NCBI GenBank assembly: GCA_964187785.1
Contig: OZ076416.1
Span: forward strand, 27,776,001-27,840,000
DNA length: 64,000 bases
From: Amphiscolops sp. MND2022
Lineage: Eukaryota
Direction: 5' to 3'
The notes below the pieces were generated by a model, which was given only the letters and a program-made list of their open reading frames with translations, did not search any database and was not told the origin of the DNA. Below, in pieces: positions 53,871 through 64,000 of this stretch. A program made the position numbers and the translations under genes. Position 1 is the first letter of the stretch. Each line of letters begins with the position of its first letter.

Positions 53871-56734
53871 AATGAAACCAATTGGCAAAAACGACGCTTG
53901 GGTACTGCACCTGAACATTCGTTCACTATCAAATCACTTCAATGAACTAGTTTCGCTTATACATGAGTATACAGTCACGCCAATTGCAATTTGTTTGTCA
54001 GAACTCCAAGGCTATCTTGGTTCAAACTCCAAGGCTATCAAAAACCATTGAGTGTCGCAAAAGTAAACAAAGCTAGTGGAGTAGTTGTTTATATCGATGA
54101 ACGCTTCTCTTACAAAGAACTCGACATTGAAACAACAATTGAAAATATTACCATCCGGCATTATCTGGCAAGCGGAGTGAAAAAATTCTCCTTTGTTGTT
54201 TGTATAATTCTCCTTCCCTGAATAAGGACAACTCCCTGAACGATATCGATACAATTCTGACTGAACTGAACAATCATACTGAAAAAGCAATAATCCTTGG
54301 AGATATGAATTTTGACCTTCTGAAGAACACGTCATCAAATTTGAAATATACAGATGTCTTGATGAGCAATGAGTATGTTCAATTGGTTAAAAAACCAACT
54401 AGAGAAATTCAAGAATGTGTTTCGCTAATCGATCATGTAGTTGTGAAAAACTTTGATTCAAACTTTTTTGAGAGTGATGTATTAAAAACAGGTATCACTG
54501 ACCATCATGCGATTTTTGCAAAGTTTCCTATCACCGTACCCAATCAAAAGCCGCTCCTGAGGAGAGATTTTAGTTTCATCAAGAAAGAAAATCTAAGAGC
54601 TTCGTTCATTTCGGATTTGAAAAATTTCGATAATTTCATAGTGACTTCGGATCTGAATGCAGGAATGGAGAAGTTCATTTCAATCATCAATGAGAGTATG
54701 GATAGCTTTATCAAGCTCAGGTGCATAAAACGAAAACGTTTGAAACCTCCCTGGTACGACAATCATCTGAAAAATCAAATATCTAAGCGAAACAGGTTTT
54801 ATAAACGTTATCAGAGCAACCGTACAAGTGCAAATTTCGATGCCTTCAAAAAATGTCGAAAGAAAGTTAAATATCTTTTGTCAAACAAAAAACAACAATA
54901 TTATAATCAGTTATTTTCCAGTTCCCTCGAAGATAAGCAGTCGTTTTTTCGCAACTTGAATAATGTATTAGGCAGAAGATATAAGAAGTCACGGATTTCC
55001 TGTCTCGTCATTAAGGGAGAAGAAATAACAGACGACCAGAGAGTTGCGAATAGTTTCAATCAGCATTTCCTTACTGTCGGTCAACAAGCTCTCACCAATA
55101 TCAATTCAGAAAAATCTTCCAACTTTCACCGGATCGAAAGGACCCCTTTCTCGTGTTACTTGAATCCAACTAATGTTGTCGAAATCAGCACAATCCTTGA
55201 AAACCTTAAGGATAATAAATCAACCGGCGTAGATGGCATACCCTCTGAAGTCTTGAAAGCCAGTAGCATTGTGATAAGCCCTCCTTTAGTAAAATTGATT
55301 AATCTTTCTATGCAACAGGGGAAATTTCCTGATTGTCTTAAAATAGCAAAAGTCATACCATTATTCAAATCAGGGGATCCTTGTGATTTGAACAATTATC
55401 GGCCAATTTCAATTCTTACTGTTATCTCAAAAGTTTTCGAGCGTGTTGTTCACAATCGAATTTACAGGTTTTTAGAAAAGTTCGACCTACTCTGTGAGTC
55501 TCAATTCGGATACCGCTGTAAAAGATCAACAGTTAATGCAATTGCGAGCATAACGGAAATGCTTAGAGAAAAAAGTTCCAAATCCGGAACCAAATGTGTA
55601 TTCCTAGATCTAAGTAAAGCATTCGACACTATTGACCATGAAATTCTGTTATCGAAAATGGATCGACTGGGAATGCGTGGTAATGTTCTGAATTGGTTTA
55701 GATCTTACCTATCAGACAGAAAACAGTTCGTTGTAGTCAATGAAGCAGAATCAGCAATCAAGATTTTGAATAAAGGTGTTCCTCAAGGTTCAATAGTGGG
55801 CCCCCCAGTCCTATTTATCATATACATGAATGATTTGAGTGAGTTTTGTATTCAATCAAAGCCAACGTTTTTTGCAGACGACACCACTCTATTGGTTACT
55901 TCATCGAATAAAGATCTTCTGAATAAAATCATGGCGAAGGAATTGAAAGTAGTGAACAATTGGTTAGCAACCAATAAGCTATGCCTGAACGTGGGCAAAA
56001 CAAAATGCGTATCATTCAAAGTCAAATCACCCCAGAATCTTTTTCTCGATGAAATGAAAATTCAAGAATGTAAAACTATGAAATATCTAGGCGTTCACAT
56101 CGATAATGAACTGAAATTCTTGGATCACATCGATTCTCTCAAGAAAAAGTTATCTAAAGCTGTTGGCATTGCGTCGCAATTGCGATATTTTGTATCTCGT
56201 GATGTTCTGCTCAAATATTACAACTTCTATGTGAAACCAATTTTGCAATACGGTATCCTTGTATATGGTTGTACGTACATTACACATCTCAAGAAAATTG
56301 CATTGATGCAAAGAAAGCTTTTACGATTAATTTTCTTCAAGCGAAAAACCATGAGTATAGAATCAAAAATGATAAACGCGCATATCCTTAGCGTGCCTCA
56401 ACTTTATGTCTATGAACTCATCAAATTCGCTTTCAGAAGTGTTAGAAAAGAGGTATCGAGTGATCATCTGAACAATCTCTACACAAGAGCAAACAGCAAT
56501 CGTTCTAAAGGCAATAAAAAAACTCTTTTTCAATTACCTCTTCATTCTAACAACTGGGAAAAGCATTCATTACGCTACCGAGGTACAAAGATACTGAATT
56601 TTTTTATAGATGAAGGACTGTACCCGAACGATTTATTAGAACTGACTGATTGGTCTCTTAACGATAAAATTCACAGCTTGAAAGGTTTTTTATTACTAAT
56701 TCCTGATGATACATTGTTTTCGATCATTCAATAG
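53871..56734 (+). pseudogene. LINE ORF2p (APE endonuclease plus reverse transcriptase), frameshifted in the APE region
   Basis: HLNIRSL/ICLSE and GDMNFD/IDH/TDH (APE), NYRPIS, FLDLSKAFD, GVPQGS, FADDT and KYLG (RT). 54200-56734 is continuously open. Confidence 0.9.
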
Positions 56735-57194
56735 CTGTTTCTAACTCCCTGTAACTTTCTGTAAGACTTGACCACCTCTCGTCGAAGGGATCAAGCTGGA
56801 AGTTACGTGGAGGGGAGTTAGAAAAATTCCGTGTGTGGTTGGCTTCCCGGTGCTGGTCACTGGACCCTCGACGCATTCGATACTGAAGATTGCGATGTTA
56901 CCGAGCCCCAGTGCGGAACCCGAGAAGTGGTAGAAGCAAGCGAACGAAGAAGTACCCTTGAATTTTTCTTTCTATTAATCTGTGAATTAAAGTTTTTTCT
57001 TTACCGTTTTTCACAAGCAGTAGGCTATTAAAAGTTTTCCAAGTTGACTCTTTTCCTAAAGGATCCGACATTTTTGACACTGAATGTGTTGTTTCGGATC
57101 CTCTTTGACCTTGCTACTCCTTTTGCTAACTGATAACAACTGTCAAAGAAACATTAATAATAATAAATTGATCCACAGTCTTTATCGGATGAAA

Positions 57195-57690
57195 CAAGAC
57201 GGAAACGTCTAAAATGGGCGCCATATCTAAGGCTCAAAAAGCGCAAAGCTTTTAAAATTGTAAAAGGGAAAACCTAATACTAGACAAAAAATGAAAATTT
57301 TGAACAGTCTCATAGTGCCGACAAAATGTATAAGGGGGACCCTTTTTGATTTTTCAACATCCATTCAGTTGCAAAACAAAATTGAAGAGGAACCCTTTGG
57401 AGACATCAAAAATTTTCGAGAAAAAAGTTTCACAAAGTCGAGAAAGGGGCGGGTAAAGTCTCATAGTGACGAAAAAAATAGAAAAGAGGGAACCTCTTCT
57501 GCTTTGGAATGGTTTTGTATTTCATGTAAGAGGCTTTGGATGCGTTCAAAATGAAGTACCAAGTACATATGGTAAAAGTTCATAATGCACAAAAAGTGGC
57601 ACATACAGAGTGAGCTCTTTGGTCTGTCGAAAAAAACAAGCCACTGTAGTAGTCGGTAATTCTCACGAGAAAAGCACCCACTAACAAAAT
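57195..57690 (-). mobile_element. HINE-like family A copy (degenerate)
   Basis: CAAGACGGAAACGTC...GCGCCATATCTAAGGCTC at the left, GTAGTCGG...GCACCCACTAACAAAA at the right. Confidence 0.55.
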
Positions 57691-60600
57691 CGTCATATTA
57701 TTTTACGCAATTGTAACTTTTTAAACTTCGTGTTTGACCTCTGGAAATGATGACTAGTTCTCATCAGTTGTATTATGATTAGTTTTGTTCTGTATGGGGG
57801 ATGGTAGGCGAATTTCAAATCTCTCCAACACCCTGTATAACGACATTGCTTTCGCCCCTGATGCAATTATTCCCACGGTTAGTGTTCCTTTGAACTCTTA
57901 TCTATGGTCCTCATGATCACTGTGGGCTCTTGTGTTAGAAATATAGCAAATCAGGTGTGCGGAAGCCGCAAGATCTTAGTGGTATTCAATGGACACGAGT
58001 TCCGATTTTTCCAGGGTTTTCGATTTATTTTCCTCCCTTTCTCGTGTTTAACATTGTTCCAGGTTGCTTTCGTATACTACCAACTGGGGAGAAGATAACG
58101 TTACACCACGCCAATATAAGCGGACTCGTGCTCTATTGAAAACTATATCAAAGAAATTTTTTGAATTCACGAGAAAATGCTCACTTGAGTTTGTTCCTCT
58201 TCACCTACTCGACTGTTTGCTGCAATTTGGGAATTATGAAAAGGATTTTTAAAGAAATCTTTGTCACGACTCAAATTCAATTAGATTCTTTTGAGGCTTC
58301 CATTAAACGGACTTTTGCCTCTGGAAGTCTTCTGCCGAATTTATTTATTGTAACTTGTTCGTTGCTTTGTTTGATTCATCAACAGAATTATTGTTATTCT
58401 TAATATAAACATTTCCTGACGGCTTAGGGTGCAATTTTTATTCGAAAGCAGGGTTTTTCTTTTAAACAACAGAGCATATACTACAAGATATGAGATATTT
58501 GTTTGAAATGGAGAGGCTTGCGCATTTTCGTAAAATATGGAAATTTATCCGGGAAAATTTTAAAAATTGTATTGTAAAAAAAGACTCATTGAATTGTATT
58601 AGGAAATTTTTTGTATTTGCAGATATTTTCGAACCCCAGGGCCAATTTTTCCATCAGAGGAAGATTTTACAACTCCAATCGACTTTGCTTGAAAAAGACG
58701 CCCGATGCGCACCGCGGTAATCGGCGCATTCAATTATTTTAGTAACAACGAATCGCAGCCTGTAAAACACAGGCTCAATAATTAGAAAAGTTCAAAGATT
58801 GAAAATTTCAACTTTTTGTCTTATTTAAAATTCAGATGTCTTTATGCTATGGAGTTACCATATGACATGGTAATTTTGTTGAACGCTGTGAATGTTCATG
58901 CGGACAAAAACAAAAAAATACGAAAACTGCGTGAAAGGTTAGAAATTCAAGTGAAACCATTTCATTAATACGGCATCAACTGAATTTTAGGCAAACGATA
59001 AAACTTTTCTTTATATTCCTTTTAAGGATAAGAATTAACGATGCAGACAAAAATTTTTTCACACTAATTTTCATGTGACTCAACAACAATAGATAAAATT
59101 GCTTGCTCCAAAAGAAAAAAAGCAGCTGTGTTCATAATGTCTTCTCAAGATACACGACAATCATTTAGTTGATATTCCCCGAAAAACGTCGAAATCGTGA
59201 TTCGCAGTCATTACAGTTGCAGTTTTGTTTTATCAATGTTTTCAATTCAATTTCACCGATTGAAATCGTTTTACCGTCTAATCGCAACAAAACAATCAAC
59301 GCTGGTCTCGGACAATTTTGTTTGATGGAATAGAGAGCTAAACTTTTTCAACTGCACTTTCACATATGAAATATCGAAACGATGTCGCTGATAAAACACA
59401 TTGAAAGATCAACATTCAAGGTTCCGAAAATCATAATTCAATTGCAAAAAAACGACCACTAAGTTTTTTTTCCAAAGTGGGGATTATTATAACTCAAAGT
59501 TATAATTTAGCGAAAACCACTTTTTACCCAAGTTTGTTTATTCTTGTCCAAAAATGTCAGGTTTCGCGGAGCTTTCCAGAAAAGTTGAAACTAACTTGCT
59601 GGCCATAATCGGGGACATAAATTAAAATCGCTCAATCAATTTATATTTCGCTCAACAAATGCAATTTATAAAGTAACACAACCAACAATGAAATTACTCA
59701 GTATTGGGAATTAGATGGGCTACAGATTTGATCGTCAATGAAAAGTATAACTCACTCTTGAAAACGGTTCAAAGATTGACTCACTTTCATCAATGATGAT
59801 CAGTTGGCAATTTCAAATAGTCTCAAAGCCACTCAAACAAATAATGAAGAGCAAGAACACCTGAGGTACCTCAGAACAGTGGGTTTAGTGAGTAATTTGT
59901 TCAGGCATCAAGGGTTGTGCTTGGGCTCCATGTAGTGAAATAATCATCTAATTTTCCAATGAAAAAGCTCGGTTATAATCTATCTCAAAAATTTTTTCGG
60001 ATCACTTCGTTGTCGTCAAAACTCAGACAATGCACCCAATTCCGGATCTTATCACAGGGCTTTACTCTCAATTGAAACAAAATGGTGAGACAAAACCGTG
60101 CTAGCACATCGCAGCACATGCTTTAGAGATAAACTTCAAGTGAAGGAAATGGTAGCTACTCTTTAACTGGTATCAACTGAATATTCTGACACATGGACGA
60201 TGCCACAAAGCGATAGAAGCGCCGTGAGCTCTAAAGAAATTTGACTCACGTCAATAAAAAATGAAAAAAAAAACATTTTGGAATTTCGCAAACTCTCACA
60301 TTTCAACAAATAATGTAAGAAAAAACTGGAAAAATCCGCCCTAGAATTAAAAACAAGTGACTTACAGAAATCTATACAGCAGAAGCATCCTTCAATGATC
60401 AAGAAAACTTTTATTCTAACTCAGAATTGCTTTAAGGACCTTGTTATAAAGGGCGTTTCTTAGTACAAAGTTATTTTGAAAATTGATGTTCCATGGAAGT
60501 AAAGTACAGTATTTAGAAAATTATGTACATTTGTACAGAGGCATATAAAAATGAATATTTATAACTACTACAGCAAAGCATTTACAGGTCAACCGAAGAA

Positions 60601-60992
60601 CGTTTCCAGCGCAGGGATACCTCAACTGTGAGACACCTTAGGCTTAGTATACTTTGTGTAACCACGAATATCATACATTGGGTTGATATTGGGAAGACAA
60701 ACGTCAAAGAACTCGTTAATTGAAACCCTTCGGGAAACTATGTAGCAGTACTTAAGTGCCCATTATAATTTGAAATTTATTCGTTCTTCGGTCTTGAAAA
60801 AGGAACGGAATTTACAGAATTAGCAGAGTAACAGAACATTTCAAATGAAGCTGAAAATTCAGAAAATAAGTCTTTTCTAATTTCAGTGATTTGCATTGGG
60901 TGGCGGTGACTCAAATTCGAATTTCTTCTAAACTATGAATTGCATAATTGACAATATACATTGAAGAGAACAGTCACTTTCGCCAAAGGTCC

Positions 60993-63973
60993 TTATCGTC
61001 TCCCAAAAGTAGGTCTATATCCAGTACGAGAGGGTGATGAGTAACTTCCACTAGAGCCCAACGATTGGTCATCCTTCAACTCTTCCTTGTCATCGTTTCC
61101 CGCTGAAACTGCAGATGACAATAAAATTTGTTCTACTTTGTTGTCAACATGTCTCGAAGGAGGCGGTGAAAAGCCAGCGTCAGATTCCTGGTCGAAGTCA
61201 TCCGAATAAGATCGTTGCACAGGAGGCATAACTTTCTTTACATTAATCGTTTCTCCACCTGAATCATGCTTCGACATGTCATCTAAAGACTTGCTTGCAG
61301 GAGAAACATTTGCACCATTCATGCCTTCTCTTTCATCATCAGAACTTTGGCTCTGACGGCTGCTTGTCTCTAATTCACGGCGGTTAAAAACTCCATTGGT
61401 AACTTGGGCAAAATTAGCTTCTATTTTGTCCATCGTAGTTTCTGTCCTGTCCTCTTCTCTCAGTAATGGAGATTTTGTTTCGTCGCCAACGTTCTGCTCC
61501 TCGGAGTCTATTCTTCCCAATCGTTCGTCAATGTCTTCAAGTTTGACGTCAACCGTTTGATCAAAAGATTGATTCATGTAAACCGGCGAGCTGATAAGCT
61601 TCTCAAAACTGTCATCCATGAGATCCACATTTTGCGAAGGCACTTCCACTTGAATGACGGTACGTTCTTGGCCAGATAAAACGTCACTACTTTTTGGCAC
61701 ATTTCCGTCTTCAACATCCTTAGCTTTTGCGGACTTATGTGATTTAGTTATTGTGGCGTTTTTCTTTCTCTGCTTCACGTCACTACTTGCAGCTACATGT
61801 GATGATTTATGCTTGCAAGAACCATGGGATTTTTGACTCTTTTTGCAGAACCGGCTTTCTGTTCTATCTTTACTGTGTCTATCAGCTCTAGAGCTAGCTC
61901 GGCCATCGTGGTCTAAGGACTTATCTAAGTAAGCGTTACTAAGAGGTAGACTTTCGAACAAAGATGGATTTGAATTGCGTAATCTGGCCAAGTAAGAGCT
62001 GGTTAGCCCATACTCCAACTTGGATTTACTTCGCCTTCCAGGAGTTGGGACATTAGATGTTCGAATCCAACTAGTCTGGGCAGGCACCCTATCAGAGATC
62101 CTCAATTCACAGAGTCGCCTATGTGAGTGTTTAGAGCCCACGCCCGATTGATGAAGCATACCTGATCTGGGTCGGTCTGTCATCACCGATAAACCAGTAT
62201 TGGCATGAGTATCATGACTATATCTGCTCATGGTTGTCGTCTTTTCATGGTCTTTTTTGACCTTAGTAGGCGATGTTTGAGTCACTTTTTCCTCACACCC
62301 GTTCTTCATTCCCAACCGATCTCTGGGTTTTTGCAATTTGATTAATTCAATTTCTTTCATCAGAGCCTCTAGGATTGGGAAACTATCAAAATTTTTATTC
62401 AACGAAGTAAATTCATTCTGGGTCACTTCATGATCACTCGCATCCGTCTCATTCAATTTCTTTTCCAGATCATCAATCGCAATACTAGCGTCTTGAATTG
62501 TTTGTTGATTAGCAAGAGGTCTTGTGCGACAGTAAAACAAATCTGGAGGATTTTTGCGACTTAAAGACTCATTCTGACTCTTCCCATCATCTTCGGCCTG
62601 TACATTTGACTCTGTCAAGACCAATCTCGGCTGCTCATCGAGAACAATTCTTTCCACTTTGACAGACTGGCGGTCAGTTTGACATGGAACAGAGACCGAT
62701 ATCTTCTCTTGCAAAGCACTGCCAGTTCTAGTCTCTACTTTGGTTTCAATTCCTTTCTCGGATGTTGTTTTTTCGTCACCTAACTTAGACCCTGATTCTA
62801 ACACTTCTTGTTTTTCGGTTTTGACACTAGTCGTCGGAGGGATGTGAGGCAGCGCGAGGTTGCCGAGACAGTAAATTCTGTAAGACACAGAAGCAGAACC
62901 TATGGATAAACCCATTAAATCATAGACGTTAAACTCGCCCTTTTCTCCGTTCACGAACGGTTTCCGCAGCCTAGTCACTTGCATCTCTTCTCGCATTGCA
63001 CTGCCAATACGCAAAAGAGGAATTGTGATAGTGCCGAGGTAGCGCGGCTCATTGGAAGTATTCTCCAGCACTACCAAGTAGAGAGGCAATCTGCAACAAG
63101 ATGGACCATTACAAAACAAGCAGGGAACGGCATAAGTCGACATCCCGCTTAAGACTCAAAAAGCGCAAAATACTAGAAACCATCAAAGCATAGATTTGAC
63201 AAAAATCAGTGCCATGGAATCAGTGACAGAAAATCAAAGGGCGGATTCTTTAAGCCTGAAACGGCTTTTCAACTCAAAACAGTTGGAAAACCAAAGCCAG
63301 AAAAACAAATGTTTGTAATCCTAGTCAACCCAACCACCCTTCAAATATCCAAAATAACAAAGAACCCACGACCTGATATCTGGTGTTTTGTGGCATTAGT
63401 ACACTGAACCAAAATGCCGCGCATACTTGATTCTTTTACGGTGGAAACAAATCTATCAATCGGCATGTATTGAAAGATAGTCAAAACTAGAATCGTTTTT
63501 TTTTTACAAAAAGCGCCGACTAAAAACAGTTGATTCACCACAACTCAAAATAAATACCTGAAAACATCAATTGCATCATCTTAAATAAAACTAATCTGCC
63601 GATTTTTGACGTGAAATATGCACGTTTGCTTTATTTAAAGCTTATGATTTTTAAACAATTTAATTATTTCAAAACCAACTGATTCGCACTTAAGTAAAAC
63701 ATAATCGATGTTGATACCCTGGTAAGTCCAATATAAGAAACACACAAAATGAAGAGCATTGAAGTACCTGTCAAGATGATTGAGGAAAGCCTCCACTTGG
63801 TATCTGAACATGCAGGATTTTCCACCACAGAATACCCGGTCATCTTTTCGAGTGTCGTTTTCTATCGTCTGTGGAGGGAAATGGAGAAACTTCAGCAGAT
63901 ATTTGACATTGCTGGCGGCTGAGAGAGAACTGGAATGAACGAAAACCTCAATAGAGAATACAGCCTCATACAT
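60993..63973 (-). CDS. MAP10: Microtubule-associated protein 10 (KIAA1383)-like, exons 63768-63973 and 60993-63090 (767 aa if no further splicing)
   Basis: FSIEVFV...KFLHFP...FCGGKSCMFR...LPLYLVVL...YLG...YRIYCLG...LPH matches the MAP10 N-terminal pattern (FSLELLV..FRLLDFP..FGRGKSCLFRL..LAYRL.DLG). GT-AG intron 63091-63767 in matching phase 2. Long low-complexity C-terminus. Confidence 0.72.
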
Positions 63974-64000
63974 GGGTCTGAAATTAATATTGGTTAAAGT

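Larger units (their letters stand above)
52942..57167 (+). mobile_element. CR1-group (L2/Crack-like) non-LTR retrotransposon, 5' boundary not resolved
   Basis: ORF1 plus APE-RT ORF2, a 3' UTR, and an (AAT)n tail at 57156-57167. Confidence 0.88.

Noticed and set aside
57900-60900. Additional host exons between the LINE and MAP10 (also 5300-6100 and 8000-9400)
   Set aside because: There are scattered splice-like signals and short frames, but I could not build a phase-consistent, recognisable protein by eye.
63091-63143. Cys-rich N-terminus MSTYAVPCLFCNGPSCC of ORF 60993-63143
   Set aside because: Lies in the intron upstream of the TTGCAG acceptor and overlaps a HINE remnant. The spliced exon 63768-63973 supplies the MAP10-like N-terminus.

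Overview
AT-rich eukaryotic (invertebrate-animal-like) genomic DNA, mostly nested mobile elements. (1) A 14.4-kb env-bearing Ty3/Gypsy LTR retroelement (12293-26717, minus strand; near-identical 333-bp LTRs, CGAC target duplication). Besides gag/pol/env it carries a TARG1/OARD1-like macrodomain at the end of pol, an antisense four-exon gene resembling an OTU cysteine protease, and an antisense small type-I membrane protein. (2) A 12.0-kb Polinton/Maverick (35490-47493; 47-bp AGTAGT TIRs, 6-bp TSD) with ATPase, integrase, penton, major capsid, protease and PLA2 genes but no protein-primed DNA polymerase. A branched hairpin and an HUH-motif ORF lie near its left end, and its integrase seems to have a 2A-like peptide and a PHD finger at the N-terminus. 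(3) A CR1-group LINE (52942-57167), a fragmented hAT transposase, hAT and piggyBac-like MITEs, and many copies of a Helentron/DINE-1-like non-autonomous repeat. (4) Host genes: a LITAF-domain gene that probably holds the Polinton in an intron, and a MAP10-like gene. All protein assignments come from motif recognition by eye; no database searches were run. Several frameshifts lie in homopolymer runs and could be sequencing errors.
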